A stretch of DNA of 64,000 bases, from positions 62,001-126,000 of the IMG/VR virus record IMGVR_UViG_3300005253_001115. One strand, 5' to 3'. Positions 40,634-49,979 of the stretch are shown here, piece by piece. How positions within the stretch are numbered: position 1 is the stretch's first letter; each line of letters begins with the position of its first letter. The translations under genes and the position numbers were made by a program. The notes below the pieces were generated by a model. That model saw only the letters and a list, made by a program, of their open reading frames with translations, was not told the DNA's origin and made no database searches.

Positions 40634-43017
40634 TGGGTATTCAGGACATCTTAAAAGCCGCCAAGGGCGGCTCTAGTAACACGTCCCCGGTTATACCGCA
40701 GGGCGGCGGCTATTCTCAAGGCGACGTAAAGATCGCCGCGAGTATGGCAAAGCGGATGTCCCAAATTGAAAAGTTGGTCAAGAGCAGCAACGTCCACTGG
40801 GCCAAGATGGGCGAAGCACGACCTCTAGTGCAAGCCCAAAAGTCCATGGAGGAGTACAACGTAGCACAGCAAGAACACAATGCGTTGATGCGCAGCAGCA
40901 CCGCCTCCATGAAAGAGAAGGTGGCAGCCTATAGCAAACTTGCTACAGCACGCAAGAAAGCTATTGACGATACCAAAGAGTACAACAAGGTTCTAAACGA
41001 GACAAAGGGAGTTTCTGGACGCGCCCTTAACGTCCTAAGAGAACTACCTCTAGGCATGATGGCTCTGGCTGGTGCCGCGAACGCTGTGAAAATAGCTTTA
41101 GGCCAAGCAAACGAAGGCTTCCAAGCTATGGCGCGCAATGGCCAAGTAGCGGGCAAGTCCATGGGAGATCTTGCGAAATCTACTGGGATGTTCGTTGTGG
41201 AGATGAACCTCGCATCCATCTCAGCCGCGAAATTTGGCATCGCACCCGAAGAATCCAACAAGGCTTTCGCTCAGCTCACCGAAACCTTCGGCGGTACCGG
41301 TAAAGCGGTTAACACTCTCGGAGCCCAGTGGGAGAGTCTGTCTCAAATTGCCGCCGTTAGTGGTATTGGTATGACAGCTATGTCCAACCTTGTATCTGAT
41401 AACTTCAGGAAGGTTGGTGGCACAATGGAACAGGCGCTGGATGCAGCTAAGAACCAAGTTGCTGACCTGTCTATGGTTACCGCAGAGCTAAATGCTCGCT
41501 TCGGTGCCGGTTCTGTGAACACGGCGGCGTTCGCCGATGCCATTAACAATTTAGCTTTCGGCTCTAGCTTTGCGAACCAGAACTCTCGAATGCTAACAGA
41601 AACTTTGGGTCGCGAGCTTCAGATGCAGCTTGCTCTGGGTAAAGCTCCTGAGGCTGCCATGAAGGCTGCGACGAAGAACATAGAATTGGCTGGTAAGGTC
41701 AATATCGTAGGTATTACACAGTTCAGAGAGAAATTACAGGCAGCATACGAGGAGGCACAAAAGGAAGGCACGGGAGCGGAGTATCTAGAGAGCCTAGGAG
41801 AGAAGTTCGGTAGCCAGGGCGAAATCATCGGTAACATGCTCGAAACCAAGACGTTGATGGATTCCAAAAATCTGTTTGCTTTTCAAGAGGCTGTTGACCA
41901 GTCAACTGGACTGCGAGACCAGATGCTGGACGATATGCGCTCGTCGGCTGCTGGCGGAGACGTTAGCGCGCTGCTTGCGAAAGGTCTAGGTATTAGAGAA
42001 GCGCAGTATATGGTGGCTGAAGCTGATTTGCTTAATACCAAGATCGGAAAGTTGACCAAAACAGGTAAAGAGGGTGCCGCTGCGGCAGAAGATCTGTTCG
42101 GAAAAGACTGGCAGAAGGGTGAGGATAAGGAAAAGGTTGAAAAGTTCATTGCTGCCCAAGCCAGTGGCGACTTCTCCAAGGCAGAAATGCAAATGAAGTT
42201 CAGGGAAATGCCCGGAGCAAAGCTTCCCGACGCCGAAGTTCCAGAGGATGCAGCAAGGAAGCCATGGGAAGAGTTTGTTGGGAATACGGAAGGGGCGGGT
42301 TGGTTCAGCGGCATTACGAGTGCCTTCAAGACCATCCCCGGCTTGTTAAACACTGCGGTTGGCAGTATCGTTGGTGGCATCGGTGGTGCGATAGCTCTAT
42401 GGGGCGCGAAGTCTATTGCTGCTAAAATGATGGGAGGGGTAGGGGTACCCGGTATGGGTGGTGTCGCCGGTATGGGTGCTAAACTGCTGAAGGGAGGCTT
42501 GGTAACGGCAGCCGCAGGAGTAGGCGTTGCCGGGTTTGCTGATGCCGCTAGTCGTATGCGAGAGAAGAAGGAATCTGGCGAAAGTTTCCTGGGTATGGAA
42601 GAAGATGAAGGCGGTCTCATGGGTTCACGCGCCGGAGGAGCACTTCAAGCTACCGCCAGCGGGGCTCTGGTTGGCGCAGCAATAGGCTCAGTAATCCCTG
42701 TCGTTGGAACTCTCATCGGTGCCGCAGTGGGCGCAGGATTCGGAGCGTTAGGAGCCCTTATCGCGGACACGACCGCCGACGCCCCTACAGCTCCCGAAGC
42801 TGCCCTGCTTGAAAAAGCACAACAAGAAGCAGATGCTGTGCCGCCGCCTTCCTCACCGGTTCCGGTTTCAGACGAACCGGTTGGAGCGGGTGCAAAGTCT
42901 GGTGGCCCCGGAGCTGCCATTGCCACTGGTACCGTTTCTGGTAATTCTCTTATTTTGGAAGTAACGAACTGGGATCAAATTCACGCCCAGGCAGTTGACG
43001 CCGCCGCAAGCGGCTAA
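40633..43017 (+). CDS. Tape measure protein
   Basis: 794 aa, helical and Ala/Gly-rich with hydrophobic GAxxGAxxG stretches. Directly follows the frameshifted chaperone. Confidence 0.78.
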   Translation: MGIQDILKAAKGGSSNTSPVIPQGGGYSQGDVKIAASMAKRMSQIEKLVKSSNVHWAKMGEARPLVQAQKSMEEYNVAQQEHNALMRSSTASMKEKVAAYSKLATARKKAIDDTKEYNKVLNETKGVSGRALNVLRELPLGMMALAGAANAVKIALGQANEGFQAMARNGQVAGKSMGDLAKSTGMFVVEMNLASISAAKFGIAPEESNKAFAQLTETFGGTGKAVNTLGAQWESLSQIAAVSGIGMTAMSNLVSDNFRKVGGTMEQALDAAKNQVADLSMVTAELNARFGAGSVNTAAFADAINNLAFGSSFANQNSRMLTETLGRELQMQLALGKAPEAAMKAATKNIELAGKVNIVGITQFREKLQAAYEEAQKEGTGAEYLESLGEKFGSQGEIIGNMLETKTLMDSKNLFAFQEAVDQSTGLRDQMLDDMRSSAAGGDVSALLAKGLGIREAQYMVAEADLLNTKIGKLTKTGKEGAAAAEDLFGKDWQKGEDKEKVEKFIAAQASGDFSKAEMQMKFREMPGAKLPDAEVPEDAARKPWEEFVGNTEGAGWFSGITSAFKTIPGLLNTAVGSIVGGIGGAIALWGAKSIAAKMMGGVGVPGMGGVAGMGAKLLKGGLVTAAAGVGVAGFADAASRMREKKESGESFLGMEEDEGGLMGSRAGGALQATASGALVGAAIGSVIPVVGTLIGAAVGAGFGALGALIADTTADAPTAPEAALLEKAQQEADAVPPPSSPVPVSDEPVGAGAKSGGPGAAIATGTVSGNSLILEVTNWDQIHAQAVDAAASG

Positions 43018-43027
43018 GGAGGACGTA

Positions 43028-43291
43028 ATGTCTGCAACATTGAATCGCGCACTAGCGGCCGGGTCACTGAAGGTCCGCAACCAAGCTTCGGGTGAAGCTA
43101 TCGTTGTGTTCCGAAACCCGGTCTTGAAGACTGACGACGACGGAGTAAAGTTCTCCGTTAACGTGAAGCCTGTCCGAATCTCCAATGGAAAGACCATTGA
43201 CATGTTCGGCCGTAAGGACGTTGATCGGGCCGCTGTAAAGCAGTCCAACATCGAGAAGCTCGTTAAGGCGGGTGTCCTAGAGGTACTCTAA
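43028..43291 (+). CDS. Hypothetical protein (resembles N-terminus of 19561)
   Basis: AGGAGG SD. L.V.N......V...SN....L..G.L..V/L pattern. Confidence 0.7.
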   Translation: MSATLNRALAAGSLKVRNQASGEAIVVFRNPVLKTDDDGVKFSVNVKPVRISNGKTIDMFGRKDVDRAAVKQSNIEKLVKAGVLEVL

Positions 43292-43293
43292 CA

Positions 43294-43515
43294 ATGGCCA
43301 AGCTGATCGTAGCACTGGCTGCACTGTGGATTCTGGTTCCGGCTGTTGCCCTCGCAGGCGGTGGTTTCGATCAGGAGCAACAGGTGGCGCAGAAGACTAT
43401 CGTGATCGAGAACCATGTCCCGGCCAACGACAATAACGGTGTTATTATCGCTGCTGCCGTGGCGGGTATATTCTCGTTGGCGGGCGTTCTGGTTCTTCGG
43501 AACAAGAAGAGCTAA
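43294..43515 (+). CDS. Small membrane protein
   Basis: N-terminal signal-like hydrophobic stretch and a C-terminal TM helix followed by RNKKS. Confidence 0.65.
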   Translation: MAKLIVALAALWILVPAVALAGGGFDQEQQVAQKTIVIENHVPANDNNGVIIAAAVAGIFSLAGVLVLRNKKS

Positions 43516-43594
43516 GTGGGCAGCATACGGTGCGCAAATTGCCACAGGAGAAAGACGGCAAAAGCGATTAACTCACATAGGTGGCAACTTGTCA

Positions 43595-44056
43595 ATGGAT
43601 AACTTTGTCTGCTATATCTGCCATGCCCAGAAAACGCTGGACTTTGTGCATAAACACCACAAGGTCCCCAAGTCGCTGGGTGGGTCGGATGGTCCAGATA
43701 ACCTCGTTAGCTTATGTTCAGGATGTCACGCTGATACACACACACTGGCCAGAATGATGCGCAATCCCAAGAGAGTTGGGGAAGTTCGGTCTGCGGTACA
43801 AAGCATGTTCCCACAAGGGGACGTGCAAGCTAGATGCGTAGAACTTGCTAACCTAGCAAACCGCAGCACAGTGATGAGTGCAGGACAGAAAGCCCTCGAT
43901 GTAGAGCGAGAAATCGGGGTTGGACTAAAGTTGAAGAAGCCGTATCGCGATGCGTTGCAGTTGATCGCCCGGGATCGCGGCCTGTCGATGGCAAACTACA
44001 CGAGAAAGATTATCGAGGATCACATTCGTAGAGTGTATCCTAATGTAGGGAAATGA
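43595..44056 (+). CDS. HNH-domain protein with C-terminal ribbon-helix-helix-like segment
   Basis: CYIC...HHKVPKSLGGSDGPDNLVSLCSGCH. C-terminal YRDALQLIARDRGLSMANYTRKIIEDHI. Confidence 0.75.
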   Translation: MDNFVCYICHAQKTLDFVHKHHKVPKSLGGSDGPDNLVSLCSGCHADTHTLARMMRNPKRVGEVRSAVQSMFPQGDVQARCVELANLANRSTVMSAGQKALDVEREIGVGLKLKKPYRDALQLIARDRGLSMANYTRKIIEDHIRRVYPNVGK

Positions 44057-44250
44057 TGAGACTGATATCTCGTATGGACAATGAAACTGGAGAAACGCTT
44101 GTTTGGTGCGGAGGCGAAGATTTCGACGCCGTAACTACGCAGGCACAACTACAAGCATCCGGGCTTTCGCTAGTAGAGATTCGTGACGACAAATGGGCCG
44201 TCGTGGATCTAGCTGGCAAGGTTCTTGAGGAGAACGACGATGGCCGATAA
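44053..44250 (+). CDS. Hypothetical protein
   Basis: ATGA overlap with the previous gene. Confidence 0.55.
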   Translation: MMRLISRMDNETGETLVWCGGEDFDAVTTQAQLQASGLSLVEIRDDKWAVVDLAGKVLEENDDGR

Positions 44251-44404
44251 GAAGGCTAACGCCCAGCCGCAAAGCGGTGCGGACAAGGAAGAGAAGAAGG
44301 ACTTTACCCAGTTGCCCGCAGACGGCGACAAGAAAGAGGTAGGTCAGGACAACCATTCTCTAGCACCCTTGTTGCACTGGGACACGGATGGCGCACGCGA
44401 GTAG
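44240..44404 (+). CDS. Small hypothetical protein (54 aa)
   Basis: GAGGAG SD; MADKKANAQP... Below the cutoff of the supplied ORF track. Confidence 0.45.
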   Translation: MADKKANAQPQSGADKEEKKDFTQLPADGDKKEVGQDNHSLAPLLHWDTDGARE

Positions 44405-44606
44405 AACGATAGACTCTTCCGCATCAAAAGATGATTGGAAGCATCTCTACAAATGGGTAGAGAACCAGACACTCTCGTTCCAAAACACACACGACGACGT
44501 TAGGAACCCTTGGCTCATGCCCGATACGACACGCAAAGAGATCATCGAGCACATCCATAGAGCAAACGTGGGTGGCTGGCTGGGTCCGTATGAGGGTATG
44601 TTCTAA
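44388..44606 (+). CDS. Hypothetical protein
   Basis: Coupled to the following LamG gene by TAATG. Confidence 0.5.
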   Translation: MAHASRTIDSSASKDDWKHLYKWVENQTLSFQNTHDDVRNPWLMPDTTRKEIIEHIHRANVGGWLGPYEGMF

Positions 44607-45358
44607 TGGCGTCCAAAGGATTACTGCTAGGTACTGTGTTTAATGCGCCTCTGTCGATCAGCTTTAATGGGGTAGACGAGGATCTGTTTAACAACACGCC
44701 GCAGACCATCGGGATAGCGAACGACTGGAGCGTTCAGGCTCTCTGTGAGCCCGCAGCGCTCACCGCGAGCGAGATGGTTGTCTTCACCATACGTGGTGCT
44801 CCAAACGAGATTGTGCTGTCTATTCTTGCCTTCGACCCCAACGATCCACTTAGAGTATGGACAAGGAACAGTTCCGGCACTACAATCAAGCGCTACGAAT
44901 TCGAAAATCATTTTACTGTGGGTGTCAAGGTGAGCATCCTCTGTACCTGGGACGGAACGGATCTCGTAACGTACATAGATGGTTCCGTGGCTACTCCAAC
45001 CACACTGGTCGATGACAACGCAGGAACCATGACCGACACGGCACGTCGAGTATCAATAAGTTCCAGAGAGGGAGAGGGTGTCCCGCAGTCATTCTTTGAG
45101 GGAAAGATCCACTCAGTTTCAGTATGGAACACTGTTCTCACACAACCCAAAGTCACAGTGTTGGAGAACTCTGGGAGACCACAAGAAATAGACAACCGCG
45201 TGAACTCGGGAGCTTATGACGCCAGTGCCAACCTCGTCCATTACTGGCGTCTTGGCCTTGACGCTTCGGACATCGGGAAGGATTCTGGCACCGGGACAGC
45301 CATTGACATCGGCGACGACGCTGTGAACATCACCTCCGACGACATCGTAATCTACTAA
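44606..45358 (+). CDS. Single LamG-like domain protein (paralog of 9006)
   Basis: IGIANDWSVQ...TWDGTDL..YIDG...SVWNTVLTQ...LVHYWRLGLD...IDIGDDAVNITSDDIVIY. Confidence 0.82.
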   Translation: MASKGLLLGTVFNAPLSISFNGVDEDLFNNTPQTIGIANDWSVQALCEPAALTASEMVVFTIRGAPNEIVLSILAFDPNDPLRVWTRNSSGTTIKRYEFENHFTVGVKVSILCTWDGTDLVTYIDGSVATPTTLVDDNAGTMTDTARRVSISSREGEGVPQSFFEGKIHSVSVWNTVLTQPKVTVLENSGRPQEIDNRVNSGAYDASANLVHYWRLGLDASDIGKDSGTGTAIDIGDDAVNITSDDIVIY

Positions 45359-45398
45359 GGATTTGACGAGAGATATTCCGACCTAAGGGAGAACTACA

Positions 45399-46733
45399 AT
45401 GGCACATGATCCTGGCTCACCGTTTGGGACAGAAGAGCATGCACTGGACCCCGCGCTAGAGGGCGGCGAAGCCGGACCTACAGGTGCGCCTGATCCTACC
45501 GGCCCCACGGCCCCTAGCCTGATACCTTTCGGCCCCACTGGAACAACAGGAGAGCAAGGTCCCACAGGTCCGGCTGGCGCTCCCACGGGCGAAACTGGAG
45601 CTACAGGTAGCATCGGCAACATCGGCAACACTGGTAATACAGGAGCCGGAGAGACGGGTGCCGCAGGACCGCAAGGTGCTTCTGGACAAACTGGTGAGAC
45701 AGGACCCGCAGGAGCCACCGACGGCAGCACAGGCCCCGCAGGTTCTACAGGAGAAACTGGAACCGCAGGAGTCCAGGGTGACCAGGGCAGCACTGGTCTT
45801 ACCGGGGTCGGGACCACAGGTTCCGTAGGCTCGCAAGGTGCCGCAGGCATCCAGGGACAAACAGGACTCACAGGTGCCAACAGCACTGTAGAGGGACCGA
45901 CAGGAACCACAGGACCGCAGGGCGAGGGAATCACAGGAAATACCGGCGCGCAAGGCGACACAGGTCTTCAGGGTCCGGCCGGAACTGGAGCCCAGGGTAA
46001 CACTGGACCTGCTGGTGTTGAGGGTGATAAGGGAAACAAGGGAAACACAGGCACCCAAGGTGAGAGTGGTCCTACTGGACCCTCTGGCGGTCCTATCGGT
46101 GCTACGGGAGACACAGGTAACACTGGAAACACAGGTGTTGGTGACGAGGGACCTGTTGGGCCTACCGGTCCCACTGGAAACGTCACTGGTGACCTTGTGC
46201 CTCACCGAGCCAACTCGTTCACCGATGAGAGGCACCTTACTGACGGGCAGTGGGCTGCTGCTGCGGGAACGTTCGGCACGCCCAGCAACACCAACCGCTA
46301 CGTTACCGAACAGGACTCCAGGGTACAGGGATCGTTTACTTACCAGGGGGCGAATGTGTGGGGCGGTGACTCTATTCCTTGGATACAAGGCACACCTGTT
46401 GTACTGTCCTGGGCGTCTGAAATAGACGACGTTGGTGACTGGTTTAGCGGTCCCGGTGCAGACCGTTTTATCGTGCCCTCTGGAGTGTCCCGTATCCGAG
46501 CTACGGCTGAACTATGGCCACAGGATGCCAGTTTTACACATGAACTTATTGTGAGGGACAACTCCGGCGGTGAGACGGTCTGGAGTCATAGTGCCGTACC
46601 AGAAGTAAGAACTTTGCTAGTTACTGGACCTGTTGCTGTGTTTGCGGGATATCAGATCTACGTCAGATCCACTCGGAACCAGACAGGTAGCACATCTATA
46701 ACCAGTAGCTTCACGATCGAGAAGGTCGCTTAG
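45399..46733 (+). CDS. Collagen-like fibre protein
   Basis: [21 protein letters not shown] leader, about 240 aa of collagen and a beta-rich C-terminus. Confidence 0.85.
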   Translation: MAHDPGSPFGTEEHALDPALEGGEAGPTGAPDPTGPTAPSLIPFGPTGTTGEQGPTGPAGAPTGETGATGSIGNIGNTGNTGAGETGAAGPQGASGQTGETGPAGATDGSTGPAGSTGETGTAGVQGDQGSTGLTGVGTTGSVGSQGAAGIQGQTGLTGANSTVEGPTGTTGPQGEGITGNTGAQGDTGLQGPAGTGAQGNTGPAGVEGDKGNKGNTGTQGESGPTGPSGGPIGATGDTGNTGNTGVGDEGPVGPTGPTGNVTGDLVPHRANSFTDERHLTDGQWAAAAGTFGTPSNTNRYVTEQDSRVQGSFTYQGANVWGGDSIPWIQGTPVVLSWASEIDDVGDWFSGPGADRFIVPSGVSRIRATAELWPQDASFTHELIVRDNSGGETVWSHSAVPEVRTLLVTGPVAVFAGYQIYVRSTRNQTGSTSITSSFTIEKVA

Positions 46734-46850
46734 ACTTACACATCACAGCAGGCTTAACCCGCGCTGAAACAGCAACGAGTCCGAGCGACTCTGTGGGATA
46801 TGGGGGCTGTTTCAGCGCGGTACGCCCGCTGAACAGCGGCGTGTAAGTCT
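46732..46850. ncRNA. Candidate structured non-coding element
   Basis: Nested inverted repeats: 10-bp AGACTTACAC/GTGTAAGTCT, 15-bp CCGCGCTGAAACAGC/GCTGTTTCAGCGCGG, and an inner GAGTC/GACTC hairpin. Confidence 0.45.
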
Positions 46851-47028
46851 GATGTTGGGCCTCGTGGGGCCTGTGGCTATTCTTTAGCCTATCCAAGAAA
46901 TAAGAGTAGTTTCAGGCGATTTGATTACACATTACCTTCCAGTCCCCCGGGGAGGTTCCGTAACCGCGCCGCTGGTCCCGGAAATTATCTCTAGGTAAGA
47001 CCCTAACCCTCCCTGGAGATACACGCAA

Positions 47029-47709
47029 ATGGCCGGACCCAAGTACGACAATCCCACCGTCTTCAACTTCTTACACGACTATGGGTGCGACCTGCGAGCA
47101 CGTAGGGTCTTCAACCATCACGCTATGGGAGTGTCCGAAGAAGTCGGGATTATAGGCATCGAATATATCTCGCGCAATCTACTCCACCTAGACAAATCTC
47201 CGGGCACAGTCGAGTTGTGGATCAACAACTCCGGGGGCTGGCTTCATGAGATGTGGGCCATCATAGACATCATGAATGTGATGGAAAACCCTGTGGATAC
47301 CGTATGTTATGGTAACGCTTCCTCTGCCGCTTGCCTGCTTTTGGCCTCTGGTACCGGCACCCGGTATGCCTTACCTCACGCCTCCTTCATGTGGCACGCA
47401 GGCACCACGGACATTACAGACGACATGCACTGGCCGGATGCTGTAGATCGAATGGAGTGGGAAAAGCGCGAAAACGAACGCTGGCTGGACCAAATGGCCC
47501 GGGTAACGACTCCTCTAAACTCCAAGGGAAACAAATTTCGCACCCACAAGGACAGGATCTCGTTTTGGGCCGAAAAGGCTCACGGGGGCGGTGAAACGTG
47601 GATGGACGCCAAGGAAATGGTAGCCAACGGCATCGTGGACGAAGTATGGGGACCGCCCGCCCCTAAGGCCCGGAAGAAGGGCGAGAAGGGCGAGAAGGGC
47701 GAGAAATGA
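47029..47709 (+). CDS. clpP: ClpP-family protease
   Basis: LWINNSGG, V.TVCYGNASSAACLLLASG (catalytic Ser), R.ALPHASFMWH (His), M.A.E....GIVDEV. Confidence 0.85.
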   Translation: MAGPKYDNPTVFNFLHDYGCDLRARRVFNHHAMGVSEEVGIIGIEYISRNLLHLDKSPGTVELWINNSGGWLHEMWAIIDIMNVMENPVDTVCYGNASSAACLLLASGTGTRYALPHASFMWHAGTTDITDDMHWPDAVDRMEWEKRENERWLDQMARVTTPLNSKGNKFRTHKDRISFWAEKAHGGGETWMDAKEMVANGIVDEVWGPPAPKARKKGEKGEKGEK

Positions 47710-47969
47710 GCACAGAAACTATTGACCTATTCGGGCACCTCTTCTACGCCTTCATCGCCCTCGGGATGCTTCTGCTTGCCTACAAGAGCAAGTGGGGTTG
47801 GGTATCTCGCTTTATTGGAGAGCTGGGATGGCTCTGGATCGGCGTAGAAATGGAAATGTCGTCAATCTGGAGCTGGGGAGCCTTGTTCCTCGGTATCGAG
47901 TGCTACGGCTTCTGGAGCTGGACCCGAAAGTCTACTCCATCGGACGGTGGACCGAGAAATGCTTCGTAA
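47706..47969 (+). CDS. Small three-TM membrane protein (PnuC-like fragment)
   Basis: ATGA overlap. Hydrophobic W-rich helices ending YGFWSWTRK. Confidence 0.65.
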   Translation: MSTETIDLFGHLFYAFIALGMLLLAYKSKWGWVSRFIGELGWLWIGVEMEMSSIWSWGALFLGIECYGFWSWTRKSTPSDGGPRNAS

Positions 47970-48201
47970 GCTTTACGTGCTCGTCCCAGTGGACTTTAGC
48001 GTCCGCCCGCCACACCGGGAGGCATTCTCGACAAAGTAGCTTCCTGGGCGATTCTGAGGGATCTGAGGGGTGCTCTACGCGATGGGGCGTCTCTAGAACC
48101 ACGCTCACCATGAACCACTTTCCGTCGTGAGGAGCCCCGCACTCGGTACAGTCGGTCTGGTCCGTTGTCCAGCGGAGTTTATGTCCGTATACGGTGGGCA
48201 T
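47932..48201 (-). CDS. Hypothetical Zn-ribbon protein
   Basis: CTEC...CREC pairs. Last gene of the - strand block. Confidence 0.55.
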   Translation of the reverse strand: MPTVYGHKLRWTTDQTDCTECGAPHDGKWFMVSVVLETPHRVEHPSDPSESPRKLLCRECLPVWRADAKVHWDEHVKLTKHFSVHRPME

Positions 48202-48343
48202 TTATCCCCTCTCTGCTTTGTACAGATACGAGGCAGCCTTCAGGACGGCCTCGCTGCCTTTCGTGGTGTCTTTTGCACAATCCCAAGGCCCAGACAGACT
48301 CTATGCAGAGCCCCTCTTTGCATGGCCTGGGAACCTTATCCAC
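48179..48343 (-). CDS. Small Zn-finger peptide (HNH N-terminal-like)
   Basis: GTG start with GAGGGA SD. PCKEGLCIESVWALGLCKRHHERQR (C-x4-C...GLCxxH). Confidence 0.35.
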   Translation of the reverse strand: MDKVPRPCKEGLCIESVWALGLCKRHHERQRGRPEGCLVSVQSREGINAHRIRT

Positions 48344-49898
48344 GCCATTCTCCCTCGATCACGTTCACCAAGGCGCGCTTACCATTTGGGTACACGAGCG
48401 CATGCGTTTGCAACCAACTACTGGGACCGGAAGTATACTCCAGCCTTAGGTAGGAGCTGGTGCCTACTTGTACGACGCCCTTTTCTATCGCTGGCGCGTG
48501 GGTGTGACCAATAATAGAGCGGATGCCAATCTTGTTCAGATTGACCGCCGATCCACGGCTGCCGTTGGGACCGAGATCACCGTGAAGGGACAGCTCGATG
48601 CCGTTCACGACAAAAGATTCGTCCCGTCCTAGGAACTTGGTTTGACACTTGGGGTCGATGTTCCTCTCTGCCCAGAAGGCAAAGGGGTCGAAAGTGTAGG
48701 CCCCCGCCGTGCCAAATCCAGCTTCCTCTAGCATGTGATACCAAAACCAATGGAAGATCTTGGCGTTCCACGGCTCCAATTTCCAATCGGCTTCCTTGAG
48801 CCAGCGGTACAGGTGATCGTTGTGGTTGCTAGCAATTATGACGTTGGTAGCCCCCGCAGGGGTAGTCTCTTCAATGTAATCAATTGTGATCTGTAATTCG
48901 TCCTCGACCTTGTTGACTCCCTCCCGCCACTTGACGTACTGCGTCAGAGGGTTGTGGCGGTGGTGGTGGGAGATAGAGTAACTGTCGAATACGTCATGCC
49001 GAATGATAACTTCCGGCTTCAATGTCTTAGTGATACTGTCGCGATTCGTGTACGTAGCAGCCTTAACCTCGGGGTCGTTGAACAAGGTGTGCTCATCACC
49101 CGTAACAAGAGCCGCAATCTTCTGGTTGCGCTCTACTCCGTTGGCCGTGTACTTCTTGTCTAGATCGTAGAAGCACTCTCCATCCCAAATCACGTTACGG
49201 GTGTGGAACTTCTTGCCCTTCTTTTCGACAACGATACCGGCAATCGTGTGGTGGTGCTCACCCTTCACGCCCGCTTTGGTTTTCGAGTAGTTCTTGACAG
49301 AGCAGGAGCCTGTGGTCCACAACTGCTTCGGGAGAGCGTTCTGGGGAGTAGGAATTACTTTCATTTGAAGCTGGTTGTGTCCATAGATCGCCGAAGCGCT
49401 CTGGGACAGTGTTTCCAGCCCTATGAGAGGGTTTACGGCTGTAGCGTTGATTCGCATGTTGCCCATGATCCACAGCTCGTGATGGATCTTGACGATGCTT
49501 TCGCAGAGGTAAGGCAGCACTTCATCAGGCCACCATACGTCGGAATCGTCGTCCTGAGCATCGAAGCGACATGTGGGGTTCTTGTATCTAATCGTAGGAA
49601 TGAGAAGCTCGGAGCCGTTTTCCTTGAGGTAGTGACCAATAGCAGCCCAGAACCCCTTGTCAACTGGGGTGTTGTTCTGGGAACATGTTACGAAGAAGCG
49701 ATCCTTCCTCTCCAGCTCCGCAATCCGGGACCTGGACAGTAGAAACTCGGGTCCCTCGTCAATTTCAACGAGGGAAACTAGGAACCATTTTTCGCACTCG
49801 TTGCAGGCATACTGCTGCTTGGGTTCTTCCGCCTTGGTAAGGCCCCGCTTCTGGAGCGAGTCACTGTGGCAATGAGGGCAAACTTGGTTGTCAGTCAC
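48336..49898 (-). CDS. T5 A1-like metallophosphoesterase-fold protein with N-terminal Zn ribbon
   Basis: SQNNTPV, TTGS.S..NYS..KAG.K..HHH, GDEH, SNHNDHL, HGD.GPNGSRGS, GHTH, GPSSW.....YPNGKR. Confidence 0.75.
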   Translation of the reverse strand: MTDNQVCPHCHSDSLQKRGLTKAEEPKQQYACNECEKWFLVSLVEIDEGPEFLLSRSRIAELERKDRFFVTCSQNNTPVDKGFWAAIGHYLKENGSELLIPTIRYKNPTCRFDAQDDDSDVWWPDEVLPYLCESIVKIHHELWIMGNMRINATAVNPLIGLETLSQSASAIYGHNQLQMKVIPTPQNALPKQLWTTGSCSVKNYSKTKAGVKGEHHHTIAGIVVEKKGKKFHTRNVIWDGECFYDLDKKYTANGVERNQKIAALVTGDEHTLFNDPEVKAATYTNRDSITKTLKPEVIIRHDVFDSYSISHHHRHNPLTQYVKWREGVNKVEDELQITIDYIEETTPAGATNVIIASNHNDHLYRWLKEADWKLEPWNAKIFHWFWYHMLEEAGFGTAGAYTFDPFAFWAERNIDPKCQTKFLGRDESFVVNGIELSLHGDLGPNGSRGSAVNLNKIGIRSIIGHTHAPAIEKGVVQVGTSSYLRLEYTSGPSSWLQTHALVYPNGKRALVNVIEGEWRG

Positions 49899-49979
49899 GC
49901 GGAGCCTCCTCTCTAGAAATAAGACTATTGCTGTTTCTTTAGCCTATGTCTAGATCCTTTGGAACGCGAGCGCCAGACA

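Noticed and set aside
47792-48514. + strand ORFs 47792..48130, 48127..48453 and 48194..48514
   Set aside because: They overlap better-supported - strand genes at the convergence point and show no recognisable motifs.
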